From Paraspadella gotoi (Eukaryota; Animalia; Chaetognatha), in assembly GCA_051294375.1 (NCBI GenBank), contig CM119263.1, forward strand, positions 20,894,684 to 20,958,683: 64,000 nucleotides of DNA. The letters are read 5' to 3'. Shown here piece after piece: positions 25,500 through 36,168 of this stretch; the stretch's first letter is position 1; each line of letters begins with the position of its first letter. A program made the position numbers and the translations under genes. The notes beneath the pieces were generated by a model. The model did no database searches. It was not told where the DNA came from and saw nothing but the letters and a program-made list of their open reading frames with translations.

Positions 25500-26955
25500 G
25501 AAATTGATTTCTTTCCTTCGTCTTCAGATCGTTCAAATAGTTCAGAATATCCCTACCTAAATCCTCACTCTTGTCCTTTCCCCAATTTATTGTTTTTTTA
25601 ACTTAATGCACCTTATTTTTGACGACAAAAGGTAAGTGACGAAACAAATTTAATAAGGATTTGTCTTTTCATTTTTTATTTGAAATCATTGTGTCGACGA
25701 TGACCGTTAATAACTTTTTTTCAACTTATGCACTCAACGCAACCTCAATAATTAAATATGTATTGTAATTTCTCAGTGTTTAAGTGCAATAAATCGAGTT
25801 AGTTTAAACATTACTTTATTAATTCCTTACTGAAAAAAGGTTCCCAGGCGCCAACTGAGAGCGCGGAGAGAAATTTTCTCGCTACACTGCGCTTTTGTTT
25901 TGTTTGTGTCAGTTTTTTTTTAATCCCGTTTTAATCAAATCGAGCTCATTTCAGCCGGCGCCCTCTATAGGCGCTCTTTTCTCGGCTGGCGCCCCCTTTT
26001 CGCCATTTCTTGATACGAACGCCATTAATACTTTCTTCAACGCTGCAACGTTCATTTCGCCGCGCGGATGCCATCTAGAATGACGCTGCAGCGACAGCAC
26101 CCGACGCTCCGGCGCCGCCCTGGGCGTCAAGAGCTGGCTTCGTTACCAGGACGGTGAACGACTGGCGTTTCCCGGAGCAGCTGGAGACATCGAACGGCGA
26201 AAGAAAGAAAGACGATGCGACACCTGGCGGTCGGGTCAAGGAGCGACAGTGAACGGTGAGCGAAAACAAAAGACGTTGAATGGAGTTCGTCAGTGGAAAG
26301 AGTAGAAAGAGAGAAAGGGTGGGAGACAGAGAAAATAAAAGAGAGAGAGAGAGAGAGNNNNNNNNNNNNNNNNNNNNNNNNNNNNNNNNNNNNNNNNNNN
26401 NNNNNNNNNNNNNNNNNNNNNNNNNNNNNNNNNNNNNNNNNNNNNNNNNNNNNNNNNNNNNNNNNNNNNNNNNNNNNNNNNNNNNNNNNNNNNNNNNNNN
26501 NNNNNNNNNNNNNNNNNNNNNNNNNNNNNNNNNNNNNNNNNNNNNNNNNNNNNNNNNNNNNNNNNNNNNNNNNNNNNNNNNNNNNNNNNNNNNNNNNNNN
26601 NNNNNNNNNNNNNNNNNNNNNNNNNNNNNNNNNNNNNNNNNNNNNNNNNNNNNNNNNNNNNNNNNNNNNNNNNNNNNNNNNNNNNNNNNNNNNNNNNNNN
26701 NNNNNNNNNNNNNNNNNNNNNNNNCATTCATTCATTCATTCTCTCTCTCTCAACCTCTACCCTCGACATCAAGTATTCGGTTGAAATTTGATCGATTTGT
26801 CGAAAATAAAAGACAATTAATGGAGGCCTTTAGGTCTGAGCCTTTTTCCTCGGCCTCCTCATTGGTTTTTTAAAGAAAAGATAATTAAAACTCGTCGAAG
26901 CGAAAGATAAAAAGTGGGGGAAAAAACAAAAGTCGCCGACGAAATGGGATCCGCT

Positions 26956-26991
<36 letters not shown>

Positions 26992-27324
26992 CGAAACCTG
27001 CCTGGCGTTCGGAGAAACTGGCGATATGAGATTTTGCAATATGGCAAACTGACTGATATGTGTAGTGTGTAGTTTTGTAGTTTATTTACTTGTAATTCTC
27101 ATATTTTGGTTTTGTCAAACTTTGAAAATTTAAAACACATCGGATAACGGTCATTTGTCAATAAAGAGTGATTATACAAACATCGATTATTACTTCAGAA
27201 TTCCTTATCAATAGTTTTTATACACATTAATGACAGCTTCTCTGCCGCGATATTGCCAAATATCAACATTTTTTTGTTTCTCTTTGACAAAAGTCTTTCT
27301 TAACAAAAAGACTTTAACAGGGAG

Positions 27325-27540
27325 TCCATTTCCATTTCGTCTATCCATTTTCCATTTTTATTTCTGAGACCCATTTTTCATATCCATTTCGTCCATCCAT
27401 TTTCCATTTTTATTTCTGAGACTCATTTTTCATTTCCATTTTGTCGATCCATTTTCCATTTCCATTTCTAAGACCCGTTTTTCATTTCCATTTTGTCCAT
27501 CCATTTTCCATTTCCATTTCTGAGACCCATATTCCATTTC
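27325..27540. repeat. ~54-56-bp tandem repeat built from ccattt subunits
   Basis: About four units, each containing ccattttccattt...tttctgagacccattt. Confidence 0.8.
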
Positions 27541-27860
27541 AAGGGTCCGCCCAATTTTTTCGACGACATCCATTTTTTATAAAACTACATCCCTGGTCTC
27601 TCGTCAAAACCTTTATCCTCTTCATCTTCATCTTCTACTTTTTTCGTTCAACTTTCCTTTCTTTCGATGACACCCGAATTTTCATATCAATTTTTGGAGA
27701 GAAAACATGTTGGAGCGTAATTCTCGTCAACGGACATTAAAAGACTCTGATTATAATCATTATTTTGTGATACCTTTTGAAATATTTGAATCTTTTTTGA
27801 TTTAACATTCTATCATTTGCATTGTTTTCCAGTCTAAGTATCGTGCCATTATTAATATAT

Positions 27861-28873
27861 GGGCAAGTGCATGAATACCAAATCTAATCGATGGTGTCGC
27901 TCCTTTCGTATTGTGTTCTCGATCTCGCAGATCCACATATTAAGGTAGCCGTGGACTGTCAGCCGTGCCGCCCGTTGTCGGTCTCTCCGCCGTGGCCAAT
28001 CAGTTGGGAGTCCTCCTCAGCGCCGCCAGAGGTCAGCGCCCATCGTCATCGTCCACCGGTGATTCTTCATAAAACCACCCCAACAGTGGTGCATCGTCCT
28101 ATCTGCATTTCTATGTAGAGAACCCTGTCGGTTGACAATCTGCGCTCTTTTCTTCTGGAGTTTTGCGTCATCGCCCATTGGTCTATCGTGTTGATCCTGA
28201 CGTACTGTGGATTGGCGATTGACCTTTTTATTTCGTCAGCAGTTGGCTGTTTATGACAGCACCTTTTTGGGTTCAGCCCTACTGTTGAAGTTGTGTTTGT
28301 TCCTTTCAAAATATATTCTTCCTGAGGACTTCTGCCGAATCTTGCCTTGTTGGAGAAGTTGTGCCTACGTTTTGGACATTGTTGGGTTTTTGCGAAGCGA
28401 TCTTGTGCAGTTCCTCGCATTCGCGTTGTTAAAGACGGCAAACGTTCGTGGAGCCCAATTAGCTTTGTCATGTGACACTCTTGACGACCTGGCTACAGAT
28501 TCAACTGAAGTCCCTGCTTTAGAGTCGGAGGGAGCTTGCTCGGCTACCTCCCTTCATGTGGCACGATCCATCGGGCTGATTGTAAAGTCCGCCCTCTACA
28601 TTCGGCACGGTGCTTAGCCCTATACCACTAAAATCGCGGTACCCCAAGAACATTTCTCTCCAAAGACTCTGGGTGTAGTCCTTGTGTGCGATTTCACCAA
28701 CTTCCAAAGTGACGTAACAAGGGGGTCGGCTTTGAAACGGCTCCTGGCGGACCAGAGCGACGGGATTTTAAGCCACCTGGATGAACCTCAGAGTGATTGG
28801 TGTTCCTTTTTTTTTTATTGGACTCTCTCTTCGATGCAAGATGTTATAGTTTGGTATTCATGCACCGCTGCCC
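27861..28873. mobile_element. ~1-kb segment bounded by inverted repeats
   Basis: GTGCATGAATACCAAA (27867-27882) and its exact reverse complement TTTGGTATTCATGCAC (28850-28865), extending imperfectly to GGGCA/TGCCC. No clear TSD. Confidence 0.6.
28095..28690 (-). pseudogene. Degenerate Ty3/Gypsy-type pol fragment (end of RT to RNase H)
   Basis: In shifting frames and in the expected order: MFLGYRDFSGIGLSTVP (~FLGH.IS..GI..DP), IDQWAM (~ARW.L), QIVNRQGSLHRNAD (~I.HRPG..H.NAD). Confidence 0.55.
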
Positions 28874-30484
28874 TGTGTGACTGTTTTTAACAAATATAAA
28901 CTTTTTATCAGCGTTTTTATAAACATTTATTCAACTCGCAATTTCTACAATTCTTAACTTTTTATCATCAATCGTGAACTTCGTCTTGCAAAAACAAACA
29001 AAAATTTCGTTATTTAATAACAACAAAAATACAAATCATTGTTGTAAATAACGAAATTTTCGTTTTCTCGCCGAATACATCACAAAAACAACAAAAGAAA
29101 GGATTAATACAAAGTCGCATCATTTTTATAAGAAATAATTATGACCAAAATAATTCATTATTTTGCATCTGACTTTGAACAGGCTATTCCGATGGTGGGT
29201 TAAGGTCTCCATCCCTCTTAGGCTCTTATAAAATAATAACAGTGCATGCTTGCAAATAAGACTCTCTTACAGTCTAATTTATTAACTCCCAGAGTGCTTG
29301 GCTTTGAATTATAAGTTCAACTGTTCTAAAAACTGTTCTAAAAAACTTCTTAAAAAGAGAACTCTCTAAGTAATAAACTCCATTTATTAGTTTCAACGTT
29401 GTTAAGAAACCCACATTTATCTCAACTTCAACCCAAAGCATAAAAAGAGTTTATTAAACCCACTTTTTACCTCAGCCTTTTCCCCACCTCTCACTATCTT
29501 CCTTAATTCAATATTCCACCCACTTTCCTTTTTTTCACCTTTCACCTTGACAACGGAGGCGATGAAAGACCAGATGCTTTCCCTCTCCCGCATCTCCCAA
29601 CTTCTTCCTGTCGCGCTGACGGTTTTTCCTTTCGGATCTTAATAACGATAAATTCCGTGTTTACAAACAAGGATATATTTGGACGGTTGACTATAGGTTA
29701 CATTTTTACATTTATAATCCGTAATTTCACATTGTCTGGTCAATGACCCAGAAAGAAATTTATCAAATAATCGAATAAGTTGCACTATGGTTGTTACGAA
29801 AAATAAACACAATAATTTACTTACAAAGATCAACTAAAAAGTTGATACTTTAAGTAAAAAATATAATTTGTTTTTTCTCTCTCTTTTTATCCTGATTTTA
29901 CGTTTTGGCTCTTCCTTTTTCTCAGCTCTTTCCTTCTGTCTCTTTCCCCTCGAAACCGCGGTGGCCATAACTGACTGTTAAGGAGAGTCGAGAGTGCACT
30001 TAAGGTATTTTTTTTATCTTCGGCCTGACTGTGGGAATAAAAGTGACCGAGAGAGAGAGAGAGAAAAAGAGAGAGAGAGAGATGATTCGCGCGAAGGAGT
30101 CTTGGTCAATACTACTAAAACTAGAACAAGCTAAGTATATTTATAACTAAGGAAGAGGATCGGCGACGTGGGTAAAATTTACAGTTCCAATGATTCTGCA
30201 AGCTGATTGGTCGATTCCGATTGCATGCTTGACCAATCAGGATTCGGCGATTACATTTCCGTGGAGATCGCCCGAGTCTCCGATCCGATTTGCTTTTGGT
30301 GGCTTGATACTCCTGCGGTGTTATAAAATTAAAGGAAAAAAACATTTCATACCAGGAGATCCACGGAAACTGACACCAAAGAAAACGTTGTCGGATCTGT
30401 ACTCTTGGTCAAATTTTTATAGAGATAGAAAAAACCTGTTAGTTTTATGAATTGAGCACCCACTTTTTTTTAGCTTTTTATAAT

Positions 30485-30677
30485 TTCTGCATCCCAAAAA
30501 TTATGTTGCAGCGACTTGCTAGTTTCTCTTGAAGGCGAAATCAAGAAGCAAGAAAACATTGCACATTCGAATTATTGTTAGACCAACATTTTTTAACTCT
30601 TTCTGTTTTCTTGCTTCTTGATTTCGCCTTCATGAGAAACTAGCAAGTCGCTGCAACATAATTTTAGGCAACCAGAA
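30485..30677. repeat. Near-perfect ~60-bp inverted repeat with ~45-nt spacer (MITE-like hairpin)
   Basis: 30497-30558 (aaaattatgttgcagcgacttgctagtttctcttgaaggcgaaatcaagaagcaagaaaaca) versus 30604-30665, with one visible mismatch. Confidence 0.9.
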
Positions 30678-30937
30678 CTTTTTCTTGCTGCGGTGGTTAT
30701 ATAGTATAGTTATATAGCCATGAGATGATGCTACCCATTAAAAATAACACAACTTGTGATATTATTTATTATACAGTCAATGAAAATTTTATTCAAAGTT
30801 GTTACAGAGCTGCCTCTGCTTACAATCCTCGCATTCAGATAAAAAACTAGTTTTCTCCAGTAATGTTCAGTTACTATTAAACAAAATAAATTAGAGATGA
30901 AACGAAAAATTCGTTGTAATAGCAATTCTATTTTTAT

Positions 30938-30986
30938 TATGTACATGTTTCGACTCTTAGTTTTGTGCGAGTCTTCATCCAGCAAG
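30938..30986 (-). ncRNA. Minimal hammerhead motif (variant B) with one extra G in the core
   Basis: Minus strand: tg-CTG(G)ATGA-A-GACTC(gcacaaaactaa)GAGTC-GAAA-CATG-TA-ca. Family body at 31050-31105 (minus: cacctgtcctcacatctgaccact...gttggaaact). Confidence 0.7.
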
Positions 30987-31146
30987 TGAATTCAATAGAC
31001 CAAAATTTTAAACATTAGTTTGAGAGAGAGAAGAGAAAGAGAGAGAGAGAGAGTTTCCAACAAAGAATTGAGCAAGGATAGTGGTCAGATGTGAGGACAG
31101 GTGAAAGTAGGGAAAGAGAGAGTAAATGATTTTGAAATTGGTGAAA

Positions 31147-31201
<55 letters not shown>

Positions 31202-32794
31202 CACCACAGGGATCAATACATTAGGTAGATACCTCACCCGAGAGCTAATATCATATATATTTTTTATATATTTTTATGCGGTCCCTGGAGGATGATATCA
31301 ATATTCACTTTGCAAAAAACCGTTTTTAAATTCCTACAATGATTTCAGAGATATAAGTCATAAACGTCAGCCTTGAAAGGCAAAATTTGTCAGAATAAAA
31401 TTTTCGAGTTTCTTCTTAGATTTCTGACGAGCTAGTACAAACTATTTAAAAAAAAGAGGAAACGTTTCACTGATTTCTTCCATCATAATCCATAAATGAG
31501 TAAGACAATTGGGTACACCTGATAGTCATAAGTCTCAAGAGGGCAGAAAATTTTCTTTAGGTTTTATTTTGAAATTTAGGTATTGTACCAATAGGATAAA
31601 TTGAGATACTCCTGCTCTGCCGAAATTTTTATTTAACAAAGATTTGTACTGGGTAGTTCAAATCTTTAGTTCTCTAACGGTAAAAAAAGTTATTTTCTTG
31701 AATAACTTTTGAAAGAAAAGAGATAGGAACGTGGGCGAGGTATTAAATTTAAGCCCTAATCATGGGACACCTTTCTAAAAAAAGTTTTATTAAATTTTAT
31801 CCATAAATCTTTACACAGCCTTTATTTAAATCGGAGTTAAAAGTATAACAGTTTTTTGCATTAAAAATTTCATTGAAGCTATATGAAATTTGTTGTTTTC
31901 TTTCTTAAATTGAAAAAGGAAGGACTAAATTACATTTTGATTACCATTAAATTTTCTCTACTGCATAAAATTGCTTGCATTTTTCAGTTAAAGTAAAAAA
32001 CAAGCAAAAATTTATGTAGTAGCTTGATAAAATGTTTTTTGAATATAAAAAATGATAAATACAAAAATGTTTTCAGCTTAATATAAACAGTTTGGACGTC
32101 TACCTTCTTGTCTGTGGAGAAAAAATCGTCATTTTTTCATTATCTTCAACTGCAAACAAAAAGCTTGACACACTGCTTGTTTATCATAATAAAATTTTAA
32201 AAAATTACATAGCTGGGGACATATTTGACTAAGCAAGACATCATTGTGTTAAATTGTATTGATAATTTTTTTTTTAATAGAAAAAAAGATAATTTATTTT
32301 TAGCTTTCTTTTTATTTCTTTTTAAATAAAAATTTCAGTGAAGAAAAAAAAATTAAAATCTACTCATCTTGAATGTCATTGTTTACTGATTAAAAGGTAA
32401 AATTTTTTAATTCGCCCTTTTGCCCCCTAGCCCCAAGACATGGAAGTGCCCAAAACTTTTAAAAACATTTTTACTTGATGTGCATACAAGGCGAACCCGC
32501 ATTCTGAATTTTTGTATTTTTCCTTTCAAACATATTAAATAAAAATAATTATTTTTCGAGAGTGTTCGACGGTGACATAGCCACTGGTAAGGCTTGTTAC
32601 AGCTTCACTTCCGAATGAATTTTTAAACGAGGATATTTTTTCCGTCTATTCGAGACATAACACTAACTATTGATATTACTAGTTTTTTGATTCACACAAT
32701 CTACTTCGCGTAATCAGAGAAACGTTTAGCGTGTCAAAAAAATAGGGTAAAAAATGAGTAAAACGTTCTGACAAAATTAAAAATCGATGGAGGA

Positions 32795-33198
32795 ATCTAC
32801 ATTAGGCAATGTACAACAGTGAAAAATTTTAGAAAAACTAAAACTGTTCTCGGCCTGTTTGGGGACAGGTGATACAGGACTCCTCTCCTCCTCTTTGTAG
32901 CTGTCGTTTTGGGCGACGCTCAGCACGAGAAGAGTCGCGCCAAGTTGCTGCAAGCTCGGTTGAGGCATCGGACGTCATTGCCTGCTGAGAGGCCTCCGCC
33001 TGACCCGTTGAGTGAGGACAGGCGAATCACCGTGCGGTTGAGGTGGCGTTGGGTGCTTCACCACAGTTTTGATAAGCGAATCATAGCTTGAGGGAGATCG
33101 AATCGTCCTCCATCACGGTTCAAAGAGGGTTCGAGTGCCTTGATGTAAATTGCCTCTCTAATACCTCTTGAGAACCAGTTTTGGTCATGGGACAATGT
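32795..33198 (-). mobile_element. Penelope-like retroelement fragment: C-terminus of the GIY-YIG endonuclease plus 3' region
   Basis: 33198-33085 translates TLSHDQNWFSRGIREAIYIKALEPSLNRDGGRFDL, matching the PLE W..R...EA.YI....PSLNR..G motif. A 1-nt frameshift is followed by YDSLIKTVVK. Confidence 0.85.
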
Positions 33199-33319
33199 CT
33201 ACAAAATAAATTTAAATTGCCCCATAATATAAATTAGGCCAAAATACGGATTAGTTAAAACCATCTCCAGCTATTTCTAATCATATAAGAGTAACATTTT
33301 TGCAACTTTTAGGAAAAAA

Positions 33320-34580
33320 AATCATGTCCATTTTTGTCCATTTTCACTTTCGTCTTCAAATTTGAATGCCAAGGAAAGTTGAGAAAATTTTTTTATTTTG
33401 AAATTCCTTTCTTCCTTATCTTCTTCACCCCTGAGTAAAATATTTTCCTTATATCATTCATAGTTCACTTATGAATTAATTTGAAAGTTGACAAGTCAAA
33501 AAGTCGCAGTTTTAGTTTTTATTATAATTTTTAAACAAAAATAGTTTAAATTGGCTTAAACTAACAGAAAATATAGCCCACAGAATAAGCTTTTAACACC
33601 TACAAAATTATCAAAAAAACTCATTTCGTTTAGCCATAAATATTTTTTAAAGACGACAATTAATTTGTGACTTTTTGTGACTTGCATTTATTTTTAATAA
33701 AGATAAGATTTTAAATTTTTTTATAGTTTTAACAGTTGAGGAACATACTGACGATAATAAAACAAAAAAAAACCGCATCCTTTTAAACCAATGGAAAGCG
33801 TCAGGACTTGTTTTTTCTCAGAATCGACAGATTTTACGGAAATATTTTCCGGAAAATCTGTCGATTTACTAAATTTGCCAGGCAACCAAAATTGAAAGAA
33901 AAATCATGAGATACCGTAAATTTCTTTTCTTATAATGGATAATAAGAAATTTCTTTGATATGGCTCAATGTAAAGGCAGAAAAGTAGTGGGAGGAACAGG
34001 AAAGGGAGAACAAGAAAAGGAGAAGGGGAGAATGAGAGAGAAAGGGGGAAAAGAACAAAAAAGAAGGCAAAGGAGAAAAAAAATAAGGAGATAAGGAAAG
34101 GCGGAAAAAGAAGGGAAAAATGGAAAGAAAAAGAGGGGGAAAAGAGGGGAAAAGAAAGAGAAGGCAATAAAAAAGGATAAGGAAAGTGAAAGAGTGGCAG
34201 AGAAAGGTAGGGTCATAGAAAAGGTAAGTTACGGCGTGAAAAGTAGGGGAGGAAAGAGGAAGATAAAAATAGAAACACAGAGAAGAAAAGAGATGAAGAA
34301 AGAGAATCAGGGAAACGGTATGAAAGGAAAAAAAAATGTATCAGATAATGTGGCATCTTGTCTGAAAAGTTTTGTGTAAATAAAAGCCACAAAAATTAAA
34401 AGGAGGAATTTGATCTTTAAAAGTTGTTGGTACCATAAAAATTCATCATACTTTCATCTCAAATTAGGTTGTTAATGAGATTAGATTGATAATCTCCGAA
34501 GAAATCATGTCTTACCGTATTTTTAACTCATAGAAATTTACTGAACAGTACTAGGTAATAAGAATGAGATAACCTAGCAA
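33320..34580 (+). repeat. Interspersed ~1.3-kb repeat with purine-rich tract; diverged second copy at ~59380-60595
   Basis: Shared blocks tttgaatgccaaggaaag, ggaaagcgtcagga.ttgttttttctcagaatcgacagatttt, ggcaaccaaaattgaaagaaaaatcatg, aatgagattagattga. Confidence 0.8.
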
Positions 34581-34954
34581 ACCGTTTTTTTAAATAAAGA
34601 AAACTTCATACTAATCACTGAGATCAAAAGAGATGGTAATTATTTAAGTCAGAAATCGTTATCTAAAGGACGTCGATCGTACGTGGAGCCAGCTATGAAT
34701 TTTTTTGGGTCAGTTTCGGTGGTTCTCCTGGGAGCAACGTTAAATCAAACTGTATTTTTATTGACTTGACTCACTATTTAATCATTTTTTTTCCATTTAC
34801 TTCGCTTTGCTCTTTGATCCCAAAGATTAAAACTTCTTTTATAGTCTCTTTACTCATTTTTTTTTCTGCCGAAACCGCCACCTACCTTCAAAATTCTGTC
34901 ATACAAACTCTGCCGTCGCATCTCCAAAAAAGTTCTCCCTTGGGTCTCTCTCTC

Positions 34955-35028
<74 letters not shown>

Positions 35029-35194
35029 TCTCGTTGGCATAAAATGCGCACGTCTCAGTTCAAACCGCCAAACTCCATCTTGGGTTTTCCCGACCATAGA
35101 CTTTAGGCATAGTAGGAGGTTGATGTTATTGTTTTCGTTGTTGTTATCAACGTGACGGTAGACTGTGTACTATCAATACGGCGCACAGCTTGGG

Positions 35195-35236
<42 letters not shown>

Positions 35237-35260
35237 TGTATCAGCTACAATCTCCATTAA

Positions 35261-35857
35261 GGCATAGTAAAAATTCTAAATTTAATTAAAATTCTAAAAG
35301 TGAGTAACGAACAACATTATATTAATGAACATTTATGTAATAAAAAAATTTATAATAAATTTTAAAATTTACGCAGTACGCCATATTTATACTAGTACTA
35401 AATCAATAAATGTTAAAATTTCAAAACAGTTTTTCTAAGTTTTTTTTTGCAGATTTGGATTCGTCATAAAAAGTTGATAAAAAGAAATATAACTCTTTTG
35501 AAAAATTTCTTCATTAAGTGGGTCAAAAATTAGAAAAAACTATATTTTAAGCTAAAAATTAACTTTTTATTTAATAAATATAGTTTTTTTAATTTTTAAC
35601 CCACTTAATAAAAGAATTTTTAAAAATGATTTATATTTTCTTTTACCAACTTTTGACAAGGAATTCAAATCTGCAATCAAAATTAAGAAAAGCTTATTTT
35701 GAAATTTTCCGATTTTATAAGGATAGTACTGTATATAATTATAGCCTACTGCGAAATTTAAATCCTAAAATTAATTTTTTTTATAAATTAATGTTCACTG
35801 ATGGTATGTTGTTCATAATTGACTTTTAGAATTTTCGTATGTAACTTTCACTCCGCC
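35261..35857. mobile_element. Palindromic ~600-bp MITE flanked by TTAA (Kolobok-like termini)
   Basis: TTAA|GGC...GCC|TTAA. The two halves are imperfect reverse complements (ttaagtgggt/acccacttaa, tgcagatttg/caaatctgca). A partial arm recurs at ~58795-58930. Confidence 0.7.
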
Positions 35858-36121
35858 TTAATCTCCATCTTTCTCAACTCATCCCAGAATCCAACAGAGT
35901 AGCTCTCTTCCAAATTCCCAGTAAACGCTTACTTCTCACTCACCTCCTCGTCCGTTTTCTTCCTCACACTTTCCTTACCAAACTCCTCAATTCCTTTACT
36001 CACTTCCTGCCCTTTTCCGGTCGCGATCGGAATTTCCGCCCGGCGGCGGATGCCGCGCGCACCGGAAATGACGTTCACTCACGCGGCGCGATTCGTCGCC
36101 GCCGGAAAAGGGTGAAGATGG

Positions 36122-36168
<47 letters not shown>

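Noticed and set aside
31424-31450. CTGACGA followed by a small stem as another hammerhead (also CTGATGA at ~59074 and CTGAAGA at ~43812)
   Set aside because: No GAAA...UH and no stem I.
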